Below are positions 12,914 through 24,911 of a stretch of DNA of 64,000 bases, in pieces. This DNA is from Octopus vulgaris (taxonomy: Eukaryota). How positions within the stretch are numbered: the stretch's first letter is position 1; each line of letters starts with the position of its first letter. The notes beneath the pieces were generated by a model. The model was not told where the DNA came from. It ran no database searches and was given only the letters and a program-made list of their open reading frames with translations. The position numbers and the translations under genes are program-made. Location of the stretch: assembly GCA_951406725.2 (NCBI GenBank), contig OX597823.1, forward strand, positions 94,054,001 through 94,118,000, written 5' to 3'.

Positions 12914-13850
12914 AGGTAAGCTGGCAGAATGATTAGCATGCTGGACGAAATGTTAATCGTTATTTCGTCTTCCGCTACGTTCTGGGTTCAAATTCCACCG
13001 AGGTCGACTTTGCCTTTCATCATTTCGGGTTCGATAAATTAAGTACCAGTTGTGTACTGGGGTCGATGTAATCGACTAACCCTCTACCCCCAAATGTTCA
13101 GGCCTTATACCTATAACAGAAATGATTATTTTACTGGGAGAGGACAACGTCATAGAAAAGTAATATTGGTTTCAAATTTTGGCACAAGACCAGCAAATTC
13201 ATGGGAAGTGGTCTGTCGATTACATTAATCCCATTACTCAACTGGTACTTTTTTATCGATCCCGAAAGGATAAATGGTAAAGTCGACCTCGGCAGAATTT
13301 GAACTCAGAACGTCAAGACGGACTATATGCCTATTTCTTTACTACCCACAAGAGGCTAAACATAGAGAGGACAAACAAGGACAGACAAACGGATTAAGTC
13401 GATTGTATCGACCCAAGTGCGTAACTGGTACTTAATTTATCGACCCCGAAAGGATGAAAGGCAAAGTCGACCTCGCCGGAATTTGAACTCAGAACGTAAC
13501 GGCAGACGAAATACTGCTACGCATTTCGCCCGGCGTGCTAACGTTTCTGCCAGCTCGCCGCCTTGCCGAACTATAGGCCGTTAAGCATTTTGTTCGGCGT
13601 GCTCATGATTCAGCCAGTTCGCTTCCGCATAGAAGAGTAATATTAACTGTGAAAGGAAGGCGGCGAGCTGGCCGAATCGTTAGCACACCGGAAAAAATCT
13701 CGTTTATTCTAAGATTGAGTTCAAATTCCGCCGGGGTCGACTTTACCTTTCATTCTTTCAGGGTCGTTAAAATATGTCCTAGTTAAGCACTGGAACCTCT
13801 CCATTCCTCAGAATTACTGACCTTGTATCAAATTTTGAGACCAGTTTTAA
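12914..13850. mobile_element. cluster of SINE family A copies: 12914-13130 (+), nested pair 13165-13626 (-), 13658-13850 (+)
   Basis: AAGGCGGCGAGCTGGCAGAA head, GTTCAAATTCC B-box, body GGTCGACTTTGCCTTTCATCCTTTCGGGGTCGATAAA (from memory this resembles the Meta/Sauria-type SINE central domain). Confidence 0.85.
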
Positions 13851-14647
13851 ATGTGAAAGACAGCAACGGCTACATCAAAAGGCGGAATGGTGGTGTGTAT
13901 ATAATTAGTTCCAAGGACAAATGATTTAGTGGTAGAAAAATGTTTTTTGGGAAAATATGATTATGAAGGAGGGTGAGGTGGGAAATATTCATAATTGTGG
14001 TGGAAGAATTTCACCAACGAAAAGAAATTTTGTTGGTAATGTAAATGGATGGAAAGAATATGCGAAAATTACAAGAAAGCTAAAAAGTATATGAACTACA
14101 TAAATTGAATGTGTTTTCTCGTGTTTAAACATTAATTATTTATAAAAAGCAATCAAAAATGAGAGCTGTTTTGGATGGGAATGTGGTGGGGAGGAAACCA
14201 GACGTTATTAACATGTATTTTAGTAAGACAAGTCGGCAGCTTTTTTCATTATATTTTGGGCGGTGGGGCTGAGTATGTTGGGGAGGAGTAGAGAGAGTGA
14301 AGAAAGCAAGGGAAACAAAGATGAATGGTGTAAAAAATAAGGATGAAGGAAGGAGGAGGAGGGAAGAAGCAGGAGGAGGAGGGGAAGTGGGGGAAGAGGG
14401 GGAGGCGGAGGAGGAGAAGGAGAAGGAGGAGGAGAAGAAGAAGAAGAAGAATTAACTGCAATTAGGAAGGGTTTTTCTTAAAGGAGACGGAAGGACTGAT
14501 TCTTGTTGCTCAATCAAGCGTAGCGGTGATAAGACAGTAGCATCCCTTTTTGTGTAGATTACGGCGACGATGACGGCGAGTTTTTAAAAAAGGAGATTAA
14601 AATGACATCCTTCATTGTCCTTCTAACGCCAACACATTCTCTGTCTA

Positions 14648-15757
14648 TAAAGATATTTGAGGACAGATTTATGTTTATAAAACGATATATAATAGCAGAT
14701 AATAACTTTATTTTAAAATGCTATGAGGGATAAAAATAAACCTTCTTTTCTATAATGTTATTCAATAAAGCCACCTTCAGCTTCAAGAACTGCTTCTATT
14801 TGAGATCTAAATCATGTACATGCTCGAATCAAATGGCTCTGGTTCATTTTGGACATTACTCTGACTATGGCAGCTTTCAAAGAATCTTTGGTGTTATGGG
14901 CTTGTTTATTGCCCTTTCTCCCAACAACGCTCCACAAGTAATAGTCCAATGGATTGAGATATGGGAAATTCGGAGCCGAAATGTTAGGGGTTGTGTGATT
15001 ATGAAAATTTTCAGCCACCCATTCGTGTGCTATAGTGCAGAGTTTTACTGAAACACATAGAGCCTTCCATTGCATACACTGTCTATCCAGAGCTTAACAA
15101 TTATTTCCAGGCGGCAGAGTTAACTCTAAGGCCTTGTGGAATGAAGTAAGGAGGCATCACGTTGCTGACAACCCTTAAAACCATGACAGTTGCAGGAACT
15201 TTTGTCATGTCTTCTGTTAACCTTTTGACCTCGTTTCAGATAAATCTTCTGCAGGATTTTTCAGTTTGTTTAAGAGCCTTTTAGATCTGATGTAGTGATT
15301 TTCTTTTGCTTTTTTGGACAAATTGACCTCTTCACATATAAGACTTATTATGTGATGTCTTCGTACACAACATTTCTGACTGTTCCTTCTGAAACCTTTT
15401 GCAATTAACCTCATAGATTTTCTGGGATTGTAATCAGTGGTCTATTCAAGTATTCTGATGATATCAGAGCGTTTAGAATGCTTTTTTTATGCTTTGATAC
15501 TGGTGATACGTTTCCATCTTCAGCCTCAAGCTCCTTACAAATTTTGTAGACAAAAGATCTGGCAACTTTCAAAAATCGAGATATTTCTAAATCGCTATGC
15601 ACAGCATTTATAAACACAAAAACATGATGCCTCTTCATTTCTTGAGAAGGCTGAGGGCCAGCGATTATTATTTTCTCAAACCAAGATTATACAGAGTTAG
15701 CAAAAAATGCAGCAATGACCCAGAAACGTTATGTCCTCAAATACTTTACGCACCCTG
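14648..15757 (-). mobile_element. DD37D (maT)-like Tc1/mariner transposon relic
   Basis: Fragments MKRHHVFVFINAVHSDLEISRFLKVARSFVYK and APNFPYLNPLDYYLWSVV. Terminal TAAAG(A)TATTTGAGGACA is inverted at both ends. Confidence 0.8.
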
Positions 15758-15764
15758 ACATACA

Positions 15765-16017
15765 CACACCAGCATCGGATGTCAAGCGGGGGGAGGGACA
15801 AATAAAGACACAAAAACACAAACACACACACACACATATATATATACATATTATACGACATGCTTCTTCCAGTTTCCGTCTACCAAATCCACTCACAAGG
15901 CTTTGGTCGGCCCGAGGCTGTAGTAGAACACACTTGCCAAGGTGTCATGCAGTGGGACTGAACCCCGAGCCATGTGGTTGGTAAGCAAGCTACTTACTAC
16001 ACAACCACTCCTGCGCC
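15765..16017 (-). mobile_element. SINE family B (head plus partial tail)
   Basis: Reverse complement of GGCGCAGGAGTGGTTGTGTAGTAAG...CACCTTGGCAAGTG...GGAAACTG. Confidence 0.8.
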
Positions 16018-16325
16018 TATGTGTGCGTGTGTGTAGTATGATTTACACGAGGAGCTTTATCTTTGTCAGCAGTGGATAAAGAACTGTCTCAGGCTAAATC
16101 AAAATTACAAAATGAAAAAGCCCAAGCAAAAGAAAAATAAGAAGAAAAGAAACGAGTAAAGTTGAAGATAAACGAAATTATTAAGAATTCAATTAATTCC
16201 TAATATTCTGTGTATTCCCCTGTTCTAATGTTTTACGACAACAGATGTATTTCTTCGATGCAGCGTCTGAATACTTATATCCAATGTCGTTTTATTGTGT
16301 GTGTGCGTGTGTGTGTGTGTGTTTT

Positions 16326-16356
<31 letters not shown>

Positions 16357-16519
16357 CAGACAGACAGAAAGAGAGGTTCAAACGACAGCAGAGAGCTGCT
16401 GAGTGAAACACTATCGAATCTGGCAGTGCCTGAGGGCAGAGCTTAAAAATAATTACCGGCTTCATCTAAACACGATGAATGAATGATTTGTAATTCGAGG
16501 GAAAATTATATACTTAAAA

Positions 16520-16595
16520 TATATGTACGTATGTATGTATGTATGTATGTATGTATGTATGTATGTATGTATGTATGTATGTATGTATGTGTATG

Positions 16596-16633
<38 letters not shown>

Positions 16634-16706
16634 TATATACATATGTATATATATATGTATATATAATATGTATATATATATGTATATATAATGATATATA
16701 TATATA

Positions 16707-16801
<95 letters not shown>
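16520..16801. repeat. (TATG)n/(TA)n microsatellite
   Basis: Directly visible. Confidence 0.95.
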
Positions 16802-17498
16802 AAGGTGGTGTGTTTGGCATGATGACTTCAAAATGATGATGAATATTTATTACTTTCTAAATTTAGAATAAATTCTTTGATATATCGAAGAATTAAGAAT
16901 TGCGGTCTCTTTCTTTCTCCTGCTCTATCTCCCTCTCTCTCGCTTCTCTCTCTCTCTCTATCTCCACACACACACACATATAAACACACACACACACATA
17001 TATACACACACACACACATCCACACACACACACATACACACACACGCATACACATCTATTTGATTATCTTTGTATTTTTTATCGTATGTATCTGTTCAAA
17101 TTTCTCATTTAATAATTTAACATATCACTCTCAAATATTTCGTTCTCCTAATATAATTTACATCATATTTTATTCATTGTACCAAACTTTGTCTGTTTAG
17201 GCAGTATCTAATTTATTTATTTAGTATGTTGTCCAACATCGCATATCTATGATGTATCAGGATAATATAATTTTATTTCAATTTGCGCAAGCGCAACAAA
17301 GTGCTCGACAGAGAGAGCAAGCCAAAGACTTTGTCAGGTGTCTTGGAACTAATCTTAGTCACTGATACACTATGTTCAGGGATAAAACACTTCACTCCCA
17401 TATGGCAGAAGTTGGTTCGGTGTAAAGGGCTACAGAATTAGACTCGCGGCTTTGTGTTGCGTGCGACGGTAGATTATGTACATCTACATATGTATATA

Positions 17499-17722
17499 CG
17501 AGAGGGTTCTGAAAAAGTTACTGGCTTTGGATAAAAAAATACAGGAGAATCAGTTAATTACGATTTTATTCAACACACTCCCCTTACAGTTTCCACACAC
17601 TTATAATTATTTTGGTCCATCAGCTTTTCTAAGGTCTGTAAAATAACTTCGAATGTTGGGCCTCCAACCAGGGTCTGTAGGAGCAATACTCTTAAAGCCA
17701 GGGACGTTTCAGCATCACTCCG
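17499..17722. mobile_element. mariner-type MITE
   Basis: Imperfect ~30 bp TIRs (CGAGAGGGTTCTGAAAAAGTTACTGGCTTT / AAAGCCAGGGACGTTTCAGCATCACTCCG) flanked by TA. Confidence 0.6.
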
Positions 17723-17921
17723 TACATACATATATACATACATACATACTTACATACAAATACCTGTATTGGGTTACTATGTAGTCTGCTGACCGGATCC
17801 ACTAGAGGAGCTTTCTGTGATAGCCACAGCATTCCATGAGTCATCTATTGCACAACAAATTTACATACATTCATACATATATACATAAATATATGCATAC
17901 ATACATACATGCATATGCATA

Positions 17922-17989
<68 letters not shown>

Positions 17990-17993
<4 letters not shown>

Positions 17994-18182
17994 ATCCAAA
18001 CATGAAAACACAAAGAGAAATCACAACAACGCGTGGACGTGAAACAAGTATAGTATTATTGGACGCTCAGGAAAGAAGGAAAGAGGGAGGGTTTAACGTT
18101 TCGAGCGGAGCTCTTCGTCAGAAACATAGGAAAGATCCAAAGAAGGGAAGACGGAAAAAAATCACCGACGGTACACACGCGT
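17990..18182 (-). mobile_element. short Penelope-like non-autonomous repeat carrying a hammerhead (family H)
   Basis: Near-identical to 24483-24666. Abuts (TA)n and contains the hammerhead at 18091-18125. Confidence 0.75.
18091..18125 (-). ncRNA. minimal type-I hammerhead ribozyme (canonical C3:G8 core)
   Basis: GTTT-CTGACGA-A-GAGC-TCC-GCTC-GAAA-CGT-T-AAAC: stem I GTTT/AAAC, stem II GAGC/GCTC, palindromic ACGT stem III. Confidence 0.8.
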
Positions 18183-19972
18183 TATATGAAATGATTTCTA
18201 TTTTTTCTATTCCTATATAAGATACTAATGTTTATTGAAATCATTTAGAAAATGGTCTAAGGATTATTTACTTAAATTTCTTAATATAGAATCTGGATGT
18301 CAAATGGTAGTAGACATTAAAACCTCTAGAGCACCAATAGTCTATCTTCCCCTACCCCTCTAACTTCAACATACTAGCTTTTTGCTATAGTGCATTCAAA
18401 TATATCTGGGCTGGGTTCCTCAGAATAGAAAAAGTTTATGGTTTTGACATTTGTTCCACCCCTTCCTATATCTATAAATAGAAAAATTCTTTTTCTCCAT
18501 CCAACCAAAAAGAAAATCCCCCTCCCCACTGACAGATCTAAATAACAAAGTGAAAGAATCTGCAGTCAGAGAGTAAATGTAATACTATCATATTCTTAAG
18601 AATGAAACCAACCTCTCTGTCTGTATATCTACCCTCTTTATAATGTTGGCAAACGAAATAGAGGTAAGAATGTGCATTGTCTGTTTGATTGGAAAATGTC
18701 TATAAGTGGCTGAAGATTGCTCGACATTTTAAAACTTATGTAATACTTACAGTGTTTAATAAAATGAAGTAGCATGAAACGATTGTACCTCATTACCTCG
18801 GATATACTTGTTGCTTATTTTGATTATAATCACCCCATGGATTTATATGGATAATACCATACAAAATTCTGGTTCCTTTGACTTAAGTACCATATTCATC
18901 TGAATCTAAATTGTGTGTGTGCGTATTCTATTTTAGTTAACAGTATTAGCGCCACGTGTTTGGGTTAGTTTATATATGTTTGTGATATAGATAAACTTCT
19001 AAACGCAAATTCACCGCAGTTACCGCAGTTACTAAGAGGTGTAAAAGCACCAGATCTACCCATAGCTTTCCCCTATCGAATTCCGGGGCGGCCTTTCCTG
19101 GCTCTTCAGCCACCAGCCAGAGACAGTTGTCTGAGGATCTGATATATGCAAGCACTGGGTAGATATGCTGTTCTTACAACTCGTACCGTAAGAGAGAATG
19201 TTTTATCCGCGGTAAGTGCCCGTGAATTTACCTTTAGAAGTTAAAATATGTCACAAACATATGAACGTATTTTAACTTTACCCAAAGTTCATGTGTGAAT
19301 ATATGTGTGTGTGTTTGCGCGTGTGTCTGTGTGTGTATGTGTGAGTATGTATTACATATAATTTCTTTGTACATACTCATTTACAACTTCGCTGTATTGA
19401 TGTTGTAGTAATTAAACATATTCTCTCCTAATAATTCTGATTAGAACACAGCGTCATCTTTCCATTTCATCATTTCGAGAATCTTATTTAATTAAACCTT
19501 TTAATAAAGGAAGTTATTCCCAGTCGGCTTCTAATTATAATAAATCACAAATAAATTTTCACAACATGTGAAGGCATAACTCTTAGTTAATGGCTAATTT
19601 GTACATTCCCAGTTGTGAGAGCAGCCATATTAAATCTCGCTGTTAGATTCATTCTTTGCTGCCATGTTTCACTGTTGAACTACAACAAAATAGTTAAATC
19701 TTTCTCGTTATATGGCTACAACAGATCTACTCTTGTTTAGCAAAGGTATATGTTCTTTGCTAATTAGAATGAAATTCTATCAGTTTCTGATGCTGGAGTG
19801 TTACCCGACATGTGGTGGGTAGCATTTAGAACTCTACGTTTTGCATCAAGGGCGATAAAATGAAATATGTCCGACTTCCAATAATTATATTTCAACTTTT
19901 TATCACATTTATTCAAGATTCTACAAAATGTTCAAATGAATATTAATTTCAGAGAAAAGATATTAATACAGG

Positions 19973-20130
19973 AGCAGGCGCGGCTGTTTGGTAAAAAGCC
20001 TACTTCCCAACCATTTTGTTCCGGATTAATTCCTACTGCGTGCCCCTTCAGTAAGGGTCTTCTACCTTAGGGTCGGGCCGACCAAATCCCTGTGAGTTAG
20101 TTTGGTAAACGGAAATTGAAAGAAGTTCAT
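19973..20130 (+). mobile_element. SINE family B head
   Basis: Homology to 966-1098, followed by (TA)n. Confidence 0.7.
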
Positions 20131-20131
20131 C

Positions 20132-20823
<692 letters not shown>

Positions 20824-20837
20824 TATATATATATATA

Positions 20838-21690
20838 CGGGGTACCATAGATAAATTGTTGCGATGCTATTATTTTATTTTCGTGCATGCGCATTGTTTC
20901 TTTTTTTATTTTGTCGACGACACAGTATTGTAGGGTCAGTTGGGCACCGTGAATGAGAAAATTAGCGCCATGATGCGATTCACTCTGCCAGAAATTTGGA
21001 AACGACATGTTGTACTGCTTGCCATTCTCGCTAAAAGCAGCAACACGAACATCTCAGAGTGTTTGGATATCAATCTGAGGACAGTGCAATCTGAGGACAT
21101 GTACCGAGAGTGATAAAAATAAAACATTAAACTAATATCCTGGTGTTTGGAGTGATGTCCAAACTAATGATGGCGACGTTAAGCCTCCATTCATTTTCCC
21201 ACACGACCTCAGACTCAACTCGGAGGTCTACATTAAATGCTTGGATGAGGTAGTGCTGCCCTGGGTGAAGAGAGTGGCTGCTGGGAGACCTTATGTCGGG
21301 CAACAGAACTCTGCGCCATGCCACACAAGCAAGAAAACCCAATGATGGCTGTCAGACAATTTCTGCGACCACATCACACCTAACATCTGGCCACCTAACT
21401 CCCCACCCCGCAACCTCCTTGATTATTATATGTAGGGTGCAGTTGAGCGAGAGACCAGCAAAACTCCTTCTGAGACCAAGGATGAACTGAAGGCAAGGAT
21501 TATGGCAGCATTCGCCACCTTAAACAAGGAGACCGTCCAAAAGAGTTGCAGGCGATTCCGAAGTCATCGTGAAGCCGTGGTTGAAGCCAATGGCGATTTT
21601 ATTGAATAAATAAATCCATTAGTATTTCAAGATATTTTCCAATAATTTTGGTAAATATATCTGTTAAAATGACTATTATTTTCACTTTTG
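20838..21690 (+). mobile_element. internally deleted DD37D (maT) transposon, copy 1
   Basis: Transposase C-terminus ..EVVLPWVKRVAAGRPYV.QQ.SAPCHTS..WLSDNFCDHITPNIWPPNSP..NLLDYY..EANGDFIE*. The consensus with copy 2 gives 37 aa between the last two Asp. Confidence 0.85.
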
Positions 21691-23171
21691 CGTGGCGGAG
21701 TGTTTACCTTCCCGTAACTTAGCAGTTCGGCAAAATACCGATAAAATGAGTGTCATGCTTAAAAAAATAAACACAGGGGTCGATGTAATCCATTAGCCCT
21801 TAATCCCCCCAATTTTCTAGACCTTGTGTCTCTAATAGAACAGATTGTTATTCTAAATTTTATCCACATAGTCGCAATTTGCTTCATCGAAAACCTATCT
21901 TTTTAAAATTTCATTTAAAACGTGTATTTTTAAAGCAAGTTGTAGAAAAAGCTCACTCTGTGCCTCTGATCTTAACTATATCGCTTCTCTTTCTTTTGCA
22001 ATCACCCCACTCTCTGTCTCTGTGTGTGACTCTCTCTTTCTTGCTCTCTCTCACTCCGTTCAGAGTAGAGTTTTACTGGAGAATTCAAGCAACCAACATT
22101 TATATCGGCCATTATTATATTCTGTTTATACTAATTTCTCACCATTGTCCCCGCCTCTCATTTTCAACGTCCTTAACAATTGCGCTGTAATTTTCTTCTG
22201 TCTCAAGCTAAAAAGCATCTCTCAATCCACTGGAAATCGGTCGTATATGTTATCAGTTATATCCCTGTATCCTTGTTTGATATCAATTCATACCATTTGC
22301 TTACATGAGTTCTTCCTTTAGATCCAGTTCTCGGTTTTTCTACATTATAGCAGCAAAAATTCCAAAGCTTTTAAAATTTACTTATTGAAATGTTTGTCTT
22401 GAGAAATTTATGCTTGGTTGTTGAAGGTTAAAGCACATATTTCCACAATTTTTACATGTTAAGTCCAGAGGAAGGTACGGGGCGCATAACATTTGCAGGC
22501 ATTTCATGACAAGGGAGGTTATTTAAGAAATACTAAATTTCTAAATCTCTCGTAGAGACATGTACGGTGGTGGGGCGATAGAATGGTTGTATACTGTCAA
22601 TCTAACACGAACGTGACAGTATATATAGTACACCACCTCTTATTAAATCGCTGCCGTTCAATACACGCAGGAAGAACATGAGTTAAGAGAGCATTCTCGA
22701 TGGAGCAGACTTCCTGAGAAGAAAGAACTGCGCATAATTGTTAGTGAACTGTCGATGGAGTTGGTCGTAGCCACAATTGCAGCGGTGGAAATATGAGGGG
22801 GTCGTAGGTGGGGGGGGGGGCTGCACATTATCTGGAAAGTAGATTGTATTTACCCGAGACCAAAAATTCAATTCACAATGAAATTCCCACTTCTTTCTAA
22901 ATTGTCTTCCCTTTTCTTTGAGTGTCGTTACCAAATGCCGCTAGCTTTTACTTTACTCTCCACAGATGACAGGAAAACTTCTTTCTGTTGATTAAGACAA
23001 TTTACGTGCGTTATTCTGTACATCAAAAACTACCTGTAATTATACAGGGAGTTTTAGATTGTTTCTCTTATTCACAAAATCTTACTGCGACATCTGAAGT
23101 TTCAATGGATAATAAAAATCAAAGCTACCTCTATACATCCTCAAATAATGTTTTCCATCTACCGCTACCGT

Positions 23172-23173
<2 letters not shown>

Positions 23174-23240
<67 letters not shown>

Positions 23241-23293
23241 TAGATAGATAAATATACATATAAATATATATGGGTGTGTGCGTATGTGTGTAT

Positions 23294-23340
<47 letters not shown>

Positions 23341-23378
23341 TCTATCTATATATATATATATATACATACATACCTATA

Positions 23379-23442
<64 letters not shown>

Positions 23443-23614
23443 TATATACATACATATATCTATCTATATATATATATACATACATGCATACATACATACA
23501 TACATACATACATACATACATACATGCATGCATACATGCATACATACATACATACATACATACATACATACATACATACATACATACATACATACATACA
23601 TACATACATACATA
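23174..23614. repeat. compound (TA)n/(GA)n/(TACA)n microsatellite
   Basis: Directly visible. Confidence 0.95.
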
Positions 23615-24193
23615 CGTTAATCTTATATAGACTTAAGAAAATGATTTGTTGTCTCTTTGAATTATTAACCTCGCGGAGCAATGGATGAGATCGGACACCT
23701 CAAAGGAAACGCTGGTATGAATCAAATCCCATTCCAATAGACCAGGCAAACACTTCTCATACAATAGAAGCAATTAGTAGAAGACATCTGAAAACAGCTG
23801 AAGACATAATCAACAAAAATTTAGCTACAATAAATTTAGTGAAGATGGGTATTACCTTCAAGTAAAATTTCTTTGAAGACGGCTTTATAGGCTTCGTAAT
23901 ATTAACTCGGCGGACGGCACTGGTTTGCAATACATAACAATATATGGGTGTGTGCGTGTGTGAGTGTATATACACTTATGTGTGTATATATATATGAGTC
24001 TTTTATTTTTTTTTTTGTTTCATTCACTACATTGGTGACAGGTTCCGTTAAGGTTAATGTTTAAAAAATTTTTTAGTCGAATGGTTCAGCCCAAAGACAT
24101 TGAATTTTAACCATAGCACTAATTCTATCGGTCTCACTGCTTGAACCAATAAATTACGGGAAAGTAAGGACATATATACATATATACATACAT

Positions 24194-24482
<289 letters not shown>

Positions 24483-24483
<1 letters not shown>

Positions 24484-24666
24484 TTAATCCAAACAAGAAA
24501 GCACAAAAAAACAGAACAACGCGAAGACGTGGAACAAATATAGTATTATTGGACGCTCAGGAAAGAAGGAAAGAAGGAGGGTTTAACGTTTCGAGCGGAC
24601 CTCTTCGTCGGAAACATAGGAGAAGGTAAGAGCCAGAGAAGGGAAGACAGAGGGAAAAAATCGCCA
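24483..24666 (-). mobile_element. family H repeat, copy 2 (hammerhead 24581-24615 mutated)
   Basis: Same sequence as 17990-18182, but with core CCGACGA and one stem II mismatch. Confidence 0.75.
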
Positions 24667-24747
24667 TACATACATATATATATACATATATATAGACACA
24701 CACACACACACATATATATATATATCATTCAACTAAGGTAGTAGTTA

Positions 24748-24811
<64 letters not shown>

Positions 24812-24850
24812 TTCAACTACGGTAGTAGTTAAATAATATTCTTAAAACCT

Positions 24851-24911
24851 AAGGCGGCGAGCTGGCAGAATCGTTAGCACGCCGTGTGGAACGCTTACTT
24901 AACGGCATTTC
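24851..24911 (+). mobile_element. SINE family A head fragment abutting the LINE
   Basis: AAGGCGGCGAGCTGGCAGAATCGTTAGCACGCCG...GGCATTTC. Confidence 0.8.

Noticed and set aside
18300-19250. Possible LINE remnant
   Set aside because: No motif could be recovered with confidence.
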